Shown: positions 12,512 through 25,241, numbered from the stretch's first letter. The stretch is DNA of 47,430 nt from Octopus bimaculoides (GCF_001194135.2 NC_069003.1:29226647-29274076), one strand, 5' to 3'. Program-made: numbers and translations. Notes: generated by a model from the sequence alone, not told the origin.

Positions 12512-12990
12512 TACGAGGGGATAGATTCTTTAAAAACCTGACTTTTGAATTAAAGTATACGTGGATGAGCATTCCACAAACACGTGTACCCCTCACATAT
12601 TTATCTACCAGAATCAGCAGAGCAGAGTACACGTGACACATATGTATCATTCGAATTCTAAATAGAGTTCATCGGATCAGTTTGTAAACAGTTTCGATCC
12701 ATGAAGTTTCACTAAAAACGTATTAACCAACACGAAACCATTACCAATGAATCTGTTTTTGTACGATCCAGAACATTTGGCTATGCTTTTCGGTCCGAAT
12801 AATGTTTCATGGTCCGAATAATGTTTCATACCAAAAATCTGTATTGATATGGATGGAAATTTTTTGTGCCACGGTTTCAGCGATAAAAAGAGGAAAGTAT
12901 CGAAGAAATTGGAACGTTACTACTCCAAAACATATTCAAAGAGTCTTTGAGACAGTCTGTTTTGCAATCTTCGGGCCGTTCATATGGTAA
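12512..12990 (+). mobile_element. Possible heavily decayed Tc1/mariner element
   Basis: TACGAGGGG at 12512 is a typical mariner end; weak peptide traces ITNES.F.YDPE and QKSVLIW; a 19-bp tandem duplication at 12792-12829. No right TIR found. Confidence 0.3.
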
Positions 12991-13349
12991 ATATGCTTTT
13001 CCTTGTGATTGTCTGATCGAACTGGCATTCAATTAATTAGCGATATGGCTTGTCTTATTAATAGCATTTTATCAACAAGCTGTGCAATGCGGTGCAACAA
13101 GGGACGCCGGTGTTACGATATAAAGTTCTTAACCACTAAGTCATAATATGTGAGACATAAACTTTAATAACTATGATATAAAACATAGGCACAGTATCAA
13201 ATATTTTAGAGAGAAAAGGTTCTCACATATTCGATCCATATCAATATTGATATGTATTTTATCGATCTTGTAAAGATGTAAAGCAACGATTAAATCTGCA
13301 GGGTTTTATTGTAATAGATTGTAATAATACTGTCGATATTATTATCTCC

Positions 13350-13555
13350 AATCCTGTATCTCATGGCGGCAGGTTATCCGGTTTCCATGTCATATAGCTG
13401 ACCGAAATCAAGGCAGTTCCCAACTGAGCGGGGCGGTTCTCCATCATATGGTTTGCTGTTTACAACTAGGTGGAGTGGAGCAACCTGAAGTGCAACGTTT
13501 TACTGAAGAACACAACGTACCACCCGGTTCAGCAATTTAACCAGTAATCTTCCGA
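13350..13555 (-). mobile_element. Degenerate SINE with CORE/V-like central domain (family D)
   Basis: The minus strand reads GTTGTGTTCTTCAGTAAAACGTTGCACTTCAGGTTGCTCCACTCCACCTAGTTGTAAA, resembling the central domain of widespread tRNA SINEs. Confidence 0.5.
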
Positions 13556-13846
13556 CTTTTCTTATTTGTCCACTGTAAGGCTATTTTTTGCTTCATGTTT
13601 ATAAATATTATATGATAGTTATTCTTTGTGTCTACATGGGGAAGGTTCATAATGTTGTTTTTGAGGATATCTAGTACTGGTGTATATTCAGTGATGGAGA
13701 CTGATTGATTCTCTAATTCTAAGTTTGCATTATTGGGTTCATTTCGTACAGTTGCTGAGAGTATCTTATATAAGGTTAGCGTACTATTGATTTTAATGAG
13801 TGTTTGTTATTGTCTACTTGTTACATGCCTTCCCGGTAACATAGTT

Positions 13847-14240
13847 ACCAGACCAAAACTTTTTGCGAAGGAGAGATAGTCGATTAAACTGATCTGATAT
13901 TTTACTGGAATTTTATAGCGTGGGCCACAAAGTAATGAATGGCAAATTTGGATTTAGTGAGGAATTGAACTAAAGACATAACAGAGCTCTATTTAATTTC
14001 GCGAAATTATGTACGAAACACTAATGTCTGCGCTAGTCCGCTACCCATTAAAAGTAGTACTAAATTCTTTCATAGGTAGAAAGCATCAAATTTTAGAGAA
14101 AGATAACGTCAGTTTGATAGATAAACGTATTTGACTGGTAGTTTAATTTGCTTCTTATAGAAAACTGAAAAATAATTAGGCCTATTGGCATGATTTGAAC
14201 TCGGAAGTTTAAGAGGAAAAACTAGATACAACGTGGCATA
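13847..14240 (-). mobile_element. Two old SINE family A copies (about 13847-14047 and 14088-14240)
   Basis: Degenerate but colinear matches (AGTCGATTA, TGAA.GGCAAA, ATTTGAACTC.GAA). Confidence 0.5.
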
Positions 14241-14965
14241 CCAATAATACTGACAGTAACTGTAATAACACTAGATAAAGTAAAGTGGGAAGTACCAAAT
14301 GCCAATGCCGAGCGCAAGATATAATTAATTAATTTAAATTAGGCTCTTAATTAGAGAACAAAAACCAAAACCTAGCGGCAGTTGTTAGAAACTCTCAAAG
14401 AGGAAACAATTACAATAAATTAATTGACTTCTCAAAGTTAGATTACATGCTACATGCTCAGGGGAAGGAAAGTCTGGAATTCCTTTCACCTACTAGATGA
14501 AAACGCAATTGCATTTGCATCCTGCTTGCAAAGGAAGTTGAGACGTCACTTTCGTTAAGCACTCACACAAATTAAGGGAGATGAATTCTTAATTTCATGA
14601 TATTATCTCCTCAGTTCTTTGAGAGATTTATCATCAGTGATATTCGTTGTTTCTTCTTTCCAACTAAAAAAGAAATCTTTTTGTAATTCTATGACTTCAA
14701 AGGCTTGTTTTTTGCGTGGAATACCGTACATCAAAGTCTTAAGCTAATTATCAAAATTCCTGACATTGGGTCACTTTCAGTTATTTCACATAGTTCATTG
14801 TGTTTTTATTATGCACTGTTTACGTGTTAAAAGTTTGTAGCTTCGTAACCAAGGGGTTTCGTCTGAGGCCCAATCTGCCGTATCTTCAGAATCTGGGCGC
14901 TTATTTGTCCCTTCACCGCCACCTGATTGCCGGCGCTGTTTTCTTTGCATCCCGTCCATCAACAG

Positions 14966-15050
14966 TGTACGTGGCTTAGAAAAATGTACCGGGGTCGAAT
15001 CATCCAACTAAAATCTCTTCAAGGTAGTACCCCAGCATAACCGCAGTAGT
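14966..15050 (+). mobile_element. SINE family B, 3' fragment
   Basis: GGGGTCGA...ACTAAAA...TTCAAGG..GT.CCCCAGCAT..CCGCAGT. Confidence 0.6.
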
Positions 15051-15279
15051 TCGGTAAAAACTTATCACGTGATTTCGAAATTTGATCAATATAATCTTGT
15101 TTCTCACCAGATATTTCCACAATTACTCCGAGTTAAGGAGAAAACTTGACATTTATTAGTTCATGAGAAAAAAAAATGTGGAAAAGTGAGCGCTATAATT
15201 GAAAACGGATAAAGTGTATAGTAAAATAAAATCAGATATTATATCAATATATTAATATATTAAGTTATATTGAATATAT

Positions 15280-15281
<2 letters not shown>

Positions 15282-15330
<49 letters not shown>

Positions 15331-15566
15331 GGGGGAGAGGGAGAGAGAGAGGGGGAGAGGAAGAGAGAGATAGAGATCTATTTAAAAATATATTATATAC
15401 ATATACATATATGTGTGTGTGTATGTATATATGTGCATAAACGTATNNNNNNNNNNNNNNNNNNNNNNNNNNNNNNNNNNNNNNNNNNNNNNNNNNNNNN
15501 NNNNNNNNNNNNNNNNNNNNNNNNNNNNNNNNNNNNNNNNNNNNNNNNNNNNNNNNNNNNNNNNAT

Positions 15567-15615
<49 letters not shown>

Positions 15616-15640
15616 TATATACATATACATATACACACAT
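15282..15640. repeat. Compound (TG)/(TA)/(GA)/(CATATA) microsatellite with gap
   Basis: Direct reading. Confidence 0.9.
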
Positions 15641-16456
15641 ATTTATGAATGTGTGACATTGTGCAAATATATAAGAGTGAGTGTGTGTATATGTATATGA
15701 CCATAAATGAAAAATGCATTAAATGCTACCAAAAGTACACGTAGGATAGACGCAACAAATCTATAAAAACTTATACATACATAATATTTGTATTCTCTCG
15801 TGACCATCCAAAGCTCTCATTAGCAATATATCCTGTCTCCAAAGATATCATATAAAAGATACAACACTATATATTGTCCATTGGATATATTCCATAGCAC
15901 ACCCATTTTGTTTGTAAGTCGCGTCGGTGATGTATGTTTAAACTTCTCAGATTAGATATTCCGCAAATATACCAGGTCGTATCAAATGATGGTAGATATA
16001 TTTGTATATGAAGTTGTATTATATCAATGACTATATATACGTCTTCAAAGCATGCAATGGTTTGATGTTTACAAGCCAGAAGAGATATTGTTTTCATATT
16101 GACATATGTCAGTACTGCCATAGTTTGTTTTATTTCTCGCAGAACTGTCATCGAAGATAATAGCAACGTATATGTTTCATGTAGTAACATTAAAACAAAT
16201 CATACTTCGTGTTCACTATTCTCACTCGTCCCTCATTTTCTCTTTCTCTCTTCTCTCCTAATTTTAGCATTTTATATTTGTATATATATACATATATATA
16301 TATATATATANNNNNNNNNNNNNNNNNNNNNNNNNNNNNNNNNNNNNNNNNNNNNNNNNNNNNNNNNNNNNNNNNNNNTGTGTGTGTGTGTGTGTGTGTA
16401 TGAGTATATATATATATACATATTTATATACATAATGTATATGTGTGTGTGTGTGT

Positions 16457-16645
16457 GGAGGCGCAATGCCCCAGTGGTTAGGGCAGTGGGCTGGCGATGA
16501 TGGGATTAGGGTTTCGATTCCCAGACCGGGCGTTGTGAGCGTTTATTGAGCGAAAACATCTAAAGCTCCATGTGGCTCCGGAAGGATTGGTGGGGGGGGG
16601 GCTAACCCTGAAGTACTCTTTCAGCACAACTTTCTCTCACAACTT
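16457..16645 (+). mobile_element. tRNA-derived SINE family C, 5' part
   Basis: GGAGGCGCAATGCCCCAGTGGTTAGGGCAG (A box) and GGTTTCGATTCCC (B box), followed by a non-tRNA body ending in CACAACTTTCTCTCAC. Confidence 0.8.
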
Positions 16646-16649
16646 TCCT

Positions 16650-16840
16650 GATTCTGCACCATGTCACAGAAGCAGAAGAACCCAGTTATGGCTGTCAGAT
16701 AATTTCTGTGACCACATCCCCTTACATCTGTCCACCTTACTTACCAGACTGCAAACCCTTTGATTATTATGTGGGGCGCAGTTGAGCGAGAGACAAACAA
16801 AACTCCTTGTAACCCCATAGGTGAACTGAAGTCAAAGGTA
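16650..16840 (+). mobile_element. maT (DD37D-like) transposase fragment
   Basis: DSAPCHRSRRTQLWLSDNFCDHI, then a frameshift to PPYLPDCKPFDYYV.GAVERETNKTPCN..ELKSK. The two Asp codons (16650, 16762) are 112 nt apart, consistent with D37D (114 nt) minus 2 nt. Confidence 0.85.
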
Positions 16841-19362
16841 CGTATGTAATTTAGTGATATACACATAAAACGGCTCAATAGATGCACATACGAACCGCTT
16901 TTCTGCGATTACGAGTTTGGCATAGGATTAGATAACTGTGTAAAACAAAATATAGTCAGTGTACGGTAAGTGCAGAACTCTTTTCACAAATAAACGTGGG
17001 TAAGAGAAACAAACGTTTAAACAACAGAAGAACATTCTTTCACGGAACGATTCCAGCTGTACTCACAGTCTGACACCAATAATTACTTTCACAATACAAA
17101 CCAAAGTTTCGACACGTATTGCGACAAGCCCTGATGCAATGACTTAAACTTTTCAGTAGAAGCTAAAAAAAAAAACTAAAATCAATAATAAATAAATAAA
17201 TAAACGAAATAAATTTGGTTAACGTTCAATGACAAAATATGACCAAATGTTCTTCAAAACTTTTCTGTTCGTGCTCCATCATGATATAATTTGCTCGTAA
17301 TTAATTATAATTAATAATATCAAAAGCATTAGAATTAAACTGAATGGTTTATTGCTACTAATAAAACATCAAATCTAAAGATATTGAAATCGAAATTCAA
17401 TAAAATATTTCATTATTTAATCAATGTGATCTTTGTTTAATTTTCTAGACATTGAATATTTTAATTATTCTATTTTGTCTTTAATTAACATTATCTTCCT
17501 ATTAATTAAATTACCTTGTACTAACAACCAAAAAGAATAGATAACTGACCGTGTGGAGTGGAAAGGCTAACGATTCGCACAGTCTTCTTCAAGGACAAGT
17601 TGAGATATGTAGTAATGCAGTCTGATGTAATTCACATGGATGCTTCATTATATATATATATATATATATATTATGCCATCCCATATATAATGCGGTTTCT
17701 TCAGTTGCCTGAACTAAAAGTCAGAAGTGGACGAGATAAACTATTTGCATGAACTTCTTTGTGTTGCTTAAATAAATTGAATATTTTCATTACTAATTAG
17801 AAGTAACTCTGCCGGTGAAGGGGTTTCATGTACTAATGTGACAGTAGTGGTACCTATGATATCGAGAATATTCGCCTGGATTTCTTTCGCCAGAATCAGT
17901 ATGGATAAAGAAGTGCATTGTTCGGTAGCGGTCATTTGGCAACTGCTGTCATTGCGGTCGCGGGCACTCTGTAGGATGTGGTTATGAGTTTTTCGCTAGA
18001 ATGTTGTTTTGGTTCCGAACTTCTGGAAACAAACCGGATCAGTGGTTTCGACAGTGCTAATGTAGTTGTAGAGAGGATAAATAGCGATGTGATTTTGCTA
18101 TAATAATTATAGTTGATACTGTTGATTGAATAATAAAATATTTTATTGAACTCTTGATTTCAAGATCTTCAGATTTGATATCTTATCAAAGTTAACAGTC
18201 TATTAAATTTAATTCTAATCATATTCATGTTATTAATTACAATTAATTCCGAACAAATTATAAAATATCAGGATTTGTGATGTACCATCATACAGCAAAA
18301 TAGTACTGTGGTAAAAGATAGAGATATGATACATGTTTATATGTCTAGTTCAGGGGTGGTGGACAGGGTAAGAGTTATACTGTAAGCATGCAAACTAATG
18401 TAGGGTATAGCAGCAGCTTTTGGGATTACAGTTTTCCATCTGATATGGACATTGAGTATTTATTCATGTTCCTGAAATAAGAGATTTGAATAGTATTGTC
18501 GGAGAGATAAGAGTGATTGCAGGTTAGGAGTGACACCATGGATCCTCTTTTACATACATTGAGTGGGATTGCGGTGGTAGCAGATATAGTGTGGGATTGA
18601 GGTGGCGAAGTTTTATACATAGTGATACGTTTAGTAGTAAGATTGCTGTAGCATCAGTAGACGCTGAAGACGACCGGGGAAGCGGAGACGATGGTGTTGA
18701 TGGTCAAACAGTTTCTGTTTGGTTGTTGTGGAAGTGGTCGGGTTGAGAAATGAAGAGATTGTGCTGTAACAAAAGTGAAGTGATTTGCTTCTATTTATTG
18801 ATTAATTAATTTGTTTAATTATTTATTTATTTTCCTCCTTGTTTATAATCATTTTGAAAGTTGTGTCCAAATTTTTTCCTTTTTTTTTGTGTTGAATTGG
18901 ACGAAAGGAATTCGATGATTGGGAGTAACTGAATTATGTTAAATGTCTCCAAACCACTTGAAAGCGTTTCAAGTCGTCACCAAATTACTTTCAAAACTTG
19001 TAGTTTTGATGCAGTTTTGCTTACTCTTGTTGAAGATCTCATTTATTTTTCTCTAATAAATTAAGAAAGAATTTAATAATAAAGAATTTTCAAGCGTTTC
19101 AATTTTATCTAATTTCAACAAATCGGAAACCTGTAGTCTGCTGAATATTTTAAAAATACTTCTAGTAGCTAGAAGAAATTTTACAAGATAAGTGTTATTG
19201 CTTAATTGCTCCTTTGTAAACGAATGAAGACAAAAGCATATGTTCGTGGGTCAACAGCAAATATGTGGATTTCAGTTTATTATTTGTATGAGAATAGTCG
19301 GGAACATTTTCCTGACATTTGCTCAAGGAAGCTGAGGAAAATTGTCTAAAGGTGTCTTTTAC

Positions 19363-19712
19363 CTTTTACTCGCTTCTGTCATTAGACAGCAGCCGTGGTG
19401 GGGGCAGCGACTTGAAGAACTTTCAGCTGAATGTACCGACCCCAGTACTTACTTTTTATAAACCCGCTACTTATTCTATTAGTTCTTTCGCCGAACCGCT
19501 AAGTTACGGGCACGTAAACACAGCAGTACCGGTAGTCAAGCGGTGGTATGGGACAAACACACACACACACACATTCAGTTTCTGTCTACCAAATCCACCC
19601 ACAAAGCTTGGTCGGTCCGAGGCTATAGTAAAAGCTCGAGGCTATAGTAGACTGAGCCCGGAACCATGTAGTTGAGATGCAAACATCTTACCACTCAGCT
19701 ACGCCTGCACCT
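19363..19712 (-). mobile_element. SINE family B, near full length with an internal deletion
   Basis: Reverse-complement match to both head and tail; CGAGGCTATAGTA duplicated at 19618-19630 and 19637-19649. Confidence 0.88.
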
Positions 19713-20231
19713 ATGTGTATGAAAATATAAAATGGACGTTTACATTTCAATATGGGATTTTTATGTAGTTGAGGTATAATATGCGTGCAGAACTTATTCG
19801 ACTTCCCCGTGTTTGAAAAAGGGGGCATACTTCAAAAGTTATTCAGAGAACCGAATCCCAGCGGATCATTGTATTTTCTGATACTGACATGGAAATAGCA
19901 GACATTCTTGTTTTATTACTAGATATCAGGATAAATTGTCATTCAAATTGTTACTATTTCTGCCTCGCTAAATGACTTTTTTTTTCTTTTTATCTCACTT
20001 CAGATCAAAGAAAACATTGCGCAAAATATACGAATAACTTTAAATCAATTGGGATACGTAGTTATAGAAGTATATAATAACATCAAACGAGGAAAAATAA
20101 TCTTGGATATTCTCGTAACTTTGCTTTTCTACTTTATTTTGCTTTTCTTGTTGAAGAGTGTTACAAAAATTCATTGACGTCATTTATGTTATTCCGTATA
20201 ATACATACATACACACACACACGCACATATA

Positions 20232-20268
<37 letters not shown>

Positions 20269-20278
20269 NNNNNNNNNN

Positions 20279-20313
<35 letters not shown>

Positions 20314-20353
20314 GAAATACATTTTGATAATACTATTACTACACTAAATAATT

Positions 20354-20698
20354 TGTTTCAAATTTTGACTCATGGCCAGCAATTTTGGGGAGGACGTAAC
20401 AAGATTACATCAACCCCAGTGTTCAACTACTACTTATTTCATCAGACTCGAAAGAATAAAAGGCGAAGTCCTAGACAAAATATTCTTTTCTACTTTAGGC
20501 ACAAGGCGCGAAATTTTGGGGGAAGGGACCAGTCGATTAGATCGTCCCCAGTACGCAATTGGTACTTAATATATCGACCCCGAAAGGATGAAAGGCAAAG
20601 TCGACCTCGTAGAAATTTGAACTCAGAATGTAAAGATAGACGAAATACCGCTAAGCACTTTGACCGGCGCGCTAACGTTTCTGCCAGCTCGCCGCCTT
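20354..20698 (-). mobile_element. Two tandem SINE family A copies (20354-20471 partial; 20494-20698 full length, well preserved)
   Basis: The second copy has TGGCAGAAACG (A box) and GAGTTCAAATT (B box) on the minus strand and ATCGACCCCGAAAGGATGAAAGGCAAAGTCGACCTC on the plus strand. Confidence 0.9.
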
Positions 20699-21414
20699 AT
20701 ATTAAACAAAATATTAAACAATCAAAGTACTATATATCCACTAATAACCTCGAATCCACCAAATCTTTGTGAATTATATTTGACTGATGTTGACAGTTGG
20801 AATGCCTTCACAGTGTAGCTCGTTTAATCCTGCCTTTGACAGAGATTATCTCTATCTAACCTTTTGTAATTATTCGGATGAAGTTCTTGAAAGAAGTTGA
20901 CTGCCTCTCTTCCTCCCAACCTTTCATCAAGGAGGGCCTAATAATGTGACAAGCGTTGCCTATATTAATAATAAATAAACATACAAACAAATGAATAAAT
21001 AAATATGATTTCAACCTTATAAAATCTACTGCTTAGCACGTAAATGCAACAGTAATAATAAAAATAAAAAGAGACTTTTGCAAATAATTGTGATATATGA
21101 GTACCATTTGGGCAGAACAACGTGGCAAAAATCGATGAAAAGTCTATAAAGTAAAACACTAATTGGTGAAAATAAACTCACTGACATGAAAATTCAGTTA
21201 CACAAATTTAATTTACACAAACGAAAGATGTGTAAAAATGGATTAACATGTTCTCCAAAAGATTACTTTCTGATTCTATCTCCTCACTAACGAATCGATT
21301 ATGCAGACAGTGCATTATATTCTGTTAAATATACATGTGTGTGTATGTATGCTTGTATAGGTGCGTGTTGTGTGTGTGTGTGTGTGTGCGTGTGTGTGTT
21401 TGTGTGTGTCTATA

Positions 21415-21950
21415 CAGTAATGCCTCGATATACGAGTTAAATTTTGCCCGAATACCACTCGTAAAGCGAGAACTCGTAAAACAGAGGTTATTGTCCCATA
21501 GTAGCAATGTTTTAAATTGTAATTCGTTCCCAGAAAAGTATTTTACCTATAAAATTTAGAATATTCGTAAATAAATGACAATAAAACAACAGTAGAATGT
21601 AAAGAATATCTTATGTAAAGTAAAAAGAACGTCTAGTTCATTTCTAATAAAAAAAATATTATTATGATCAATTTCTTAATCACTCTCAGTCGCACTAGAG
21701 TCGCGCACACCACTTCTAGATGCGATCGCTGATTCACAAGCACCCGTAGACGGACTTGTAGATGTCAATTTATAAAACAAGTCAAGTGTTGTTTGCTTAG
21801 AAGAAGCTTTCTTTCGCTCTCTAAAAATTTCTCGGTAACACACAGAAGCACTGGTTATGGGAATAGTAAATTTGGATTTTGTGCTTGAAAGACACAACTC
21901 GCAAAACCGTTGTCTCGTAAAGCAGGTTCTCATAAAACGAGGCATTACTT
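21415..21950 (-). mobile_element. Tigger/pogo-type non-autonomous DNA transposon (536 bp)
   Basis: TIRs CAGTAATGCCTCG (21415-21427) and CGAGGCATTACTT (21938-21950; 12/13 match), TA on both sides, subterminal CTCGTAAA repeats, and minus-strand peptide CYREIFRERKKASSKQTTLDLFYK resembling a Tigger transposase C-terminus. Confidence 0.88.
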
Positions 21951-21955
21951 TATTT

Positions 21956-21980
21956 CTTTCTATCTATCTATCTATCTATC

Positions 21981-22019
<39 letters not shown>

Positions 22020-22065
22020 ATATATGTATATATATATATATATCTGCCTTTCTCTCTTTCTCTCT

Positions 22066-22133
<68 letters not shown>
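21956..22133. repeat. Compound (CTAT)/(CT)/(TA) microsatellite
   Basis: Direct reading; starts immediately after the Tigger element. Confidence 0.9.
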
Positions 22134-22136
<3 letters not shown>

Positions 22137-23113
22137 GTATGTGTCAACGTGTATGTATATGTGTTTACATACTGTATTGGAGTAATCTGGTTCATATTGT
22201 ATTCGGAATAATATCGGTCCAGCATTTCCGGAAGTCACTCTAGATTAGTCTCGCAGCATGGCTAATTTGTGACCCCTGTGCAACCGTTAACTATGCGTCT
22301 CAACGACCGCCACACATAATTTTATAAGAAGAATAGATTTAATATATATATTGTGGACATTACTTGAAATATGCATTACTCTCGGTTTCATTAATAACTA
22401 GATCCAACATAGGGAATTTGATTATTTATACGTCTATTGTCTATGATAGCGTTACCACTTAATTTATCATTTATACATTGTCCTCGCCGTTATCAATACT
22501 AACACCATCGTGATCATCACCGGTAGCATCATTGTCGTCGTCGACGTCAATATGATAAACCTCAAAAACATTATCCCCACCACCACCCCCACCATCATCA
22601 TCATCATCACTGTCATCATGCTCATCATTATCACCGTCGACGTTCTCGTCGCCGTCCTCATCAGCAGGAGCAGCTGTACCTTCGACATCAGGATTTTTAT
22701 TTTCTAGAGAAATGGTATTTCTAAGACAATATCTATAATTTTAGTGTCAATTCAGTTTATTTTACTAAGGGCCGGGGTTAGTTTATCATTTCGCGTTTAA
22801 AAACACGAAAAGAAATTCCACAATACGCAAATGAACAGTGAAGTTAAATAAAAGATCTCAATAATCCCCTTCAGTTAGAATGATTCACACACACCTTTGT
22901 TGGAATTAACTTAGAAAGCCTAGATTGGCTTTTGAATTATATAAGCAATATTTTTCGTAGGATTTGTGCAGGTCCCATGAGTACTATATATTGAATTTCT
23001 TCTATCTATGAATGTCTTGGAATATAAGATAAGTAAGAGCCAGCCCATTTTGCTATCATTCTAAGAGCACTTATGACAATAGGTATTGTTCTAATATTCA
23101 TTTTCTACAATTT

Positions 23114-23289
23114 TCCGGCGATTCAACTTTGCCTTTCATCCTTTCGATGCCGACAAAAGAGTACCAGTCAAGTACTGGGGGTTGGTGTTGCCGTTGCTAT
23201 TGTCGTTGTTAGCACTGAAGTTGATAGCATCGATGACTACTGTCAGCCGCCTTTCCCAAAATTTCAGGGTTTGTACCTATAGTAGAAAG
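23114..23289 (+). mobile_element. SINE family A, 3' half with a short insertion and the alternative tail
   Basis: CTTTGCCTTTCATCCTTTCG core; tail CCAAAATTTCAGGG.TTGT.CCTATAGTAGAAAG. Confidence 0.75.
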
Positions 23290-23844
23290 CACGAACATAA
23301 CTGGTTTTATTTACTTTCTGATTCAATATGCTGAAGTAAACGGAACGTAACTAAATTAGTTCATTAAATTAATCATTATCACAAGTGATTTGTTTATGTT
23401 CAAATTATATCAAATAGAAATAATTACATTGAACTGTTCCTTGTAATACTGCAACTTTTTGTTTCATGTCATCTCTGTAGCCATGCACATAGCTTAAATT
23501 TGTTATTAACTGAAATAGTTTCGTTATTTTGCGTTAGGTTATTATTAGAGTCGACTAATATTAATTTAATTATTTTCCCTCTTTATATGTATCATGAACG
23601 CCATAGACACGTAGATAACCATACAAACAAACGCGTGTACACACAGACACTCATAACTGCAACTAGATCATAGTTGTCCAGCAAATTCGATGATAACCAT
23701 CTCTTTCAATTTTGGAGTCCTTGCTCACTGTATATCCCAAACCTCTGTGTGCAGCTTCATGTACAGACGGGTGATGCAAATATTTAGTTGAACAGACTAC
23801 AGACTACTTATTCCTGCGTTTGTGGTTATTTATTTATTTATTTA

Positions 23845-23892
23845 TCTATTATTATTATTTTCATTATTATTATTGTTATTGTTGTTGTTGTT

Positions 23893-23964
<72 letters not shown>

Positions 23965-24135
23965 GTTCAGTACTTTTATTTTTGTAACGTGCTTTCACTT
24001 CACTACCGAGCGCAGCTCTGTGTGCCTTGGGCATGTGCTGTGGTTTGCTGTGATGCTCTTATGGTTAATGTATTGAAAGTGTTTTGCGTAGGATGTGTGC
24101 AGTGCCCAGTAGTGCAATTTTCTGTTTTTTATATA

Positions 24136-24196
<61 letters not shown>

Positions 24197-24228
24197 GTTG
24201 TTGTTATTATTATCATTATTATTATTAT
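23845..24228. repeat. Two compound trinucleotide tracts (ATT/GTT/ATC) at 23845-23965 and 24136-24228
   Basis: Direct reading. Confidence 0.95.
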
Positions 24229-24229
24229 T

Positions 24230-24310
24230 GCACGCCAGGCTTTATGCTTAGCCACATTTTGTCCTTTACGTTTTGGGTTCAAATTCCGCGAAGGTCGACT
24301 TTGCCTTTTA
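24230..24310 (+). mobile_element. SINE family A fragment
   Basis: GGGTTCAAATTCCGCGAAGGTCGACTTTGCCTTT. Confidence 0.7.
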
Positions 24311-24950
24311 TTAGTGATAAACTATTTCTTGTTTCTGTTTAACTTCAGTTGGGTTTTACAGAAGGTACCTTTCATTATATATGTGTCATCCGTGGCCTTT
24401 TCTACTGTTTATATTTATGTCAACATGTTTCAATGTGTCTTTTCTTATGACCGCAGGCTGTATTTTGTGCGAGCTTTGATTGCTATCTCTAGGAGCACGA
24501 GCGGTCGCATTTTCATCTAAGAAATACTTTATCACTAATGAATTCCATTTCATACATTGTGACTTAATGAAACTTCCCAACAACGCTTACACATTTCCCG
24601 GCATATTACTAGGATTACATATCGTTACCAGAATGAATGATATCAAAATGATTTATCAAGAAATAAATAAGCATTTAGTGTCGACTGAATGTGTGTAAAG
24701 CGAACAAACGAAAAACTGTCATATCCATGAGTGAAATATAAAATTAAGCATGTGACTTTAAAATAGTTCATTATCTGGAAAATAGATAATTATGGTTATT
24801 GACAATATTCAGAGATAGCAAATAATTCATGTAACTTGGTTAAGCTACTTAATTATTGTACAAACAAGCGGATTTAAGCTTTATTTGTTCAAAGACAAAA
24901 ACAGCTAAAGCGAAATAGAATGGTTAAGCTGTCATTATTATGTATAACAA

Positions 24951-25241
24951 AGCGGTGAGCTGACAGAATCGTTAGCACACCAGACAAAATCCATAGCAGC
25001 TTTTCTATGGGATTTACGCTTTGATTTCATACACCACGCCGCCAATGTCATCTTTGTATTTCACCATTTCCGGGTCGATGATATAAAGTACCATGTAAAC
25101 GAATTGTTCCCTCCCTTAAAACATTGCTGGTCTTTCAATTTCAGGATCGATAAAACATATACCTGCTGAATACTGGGGTCGATATAACCGACTCAACCGT
25201 CCCCTAAATATTGCTGGCTATGTGCGAAAATTTGAAACAAT
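24951..25241 (+). mobile_element. SINE family A with a duplicated 3' segment
   Basis: Head GGTGAGCTGACAGAATCGTTAGCACAC; the TCGAT.A.A...TACC and ATTGCTGG blocks each occur twice. Confidence 0.8.

Noticed and set aside
13994-14009. 16-bp perfect palindrome TAATTTCGCGAAATTA
   Set aside because: Lies within a decayed SINE and is at roughly chance expectation.
14835-14895. Minus-strand CTGAAGA...CGAAACC..GGTT hammerhead-like order
   Set aside because: Stem II does not close next to the core, the cleavage triplet would be GUU, and stem I cannot form.
18340-18780. G/T-skewed stretch resembling an antisense retroelement ORF (similar skews at 13560-13840, 33250-33900, 43600-43930)
   Set aside because: No recognisable protein motif on manual translation; left unannotated.
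20158-20772. 204-aa ORF
   Set aside because: Made of (TA)n, a gap and the antisense strand of two SINE copies; no protein features.
23788-24342. 184-aa poly-Ile/poly-Tyr ORF
   Set aside because: Translation of ATT/ATC/GTT trinucleotide tracts plus a SINE fragment.
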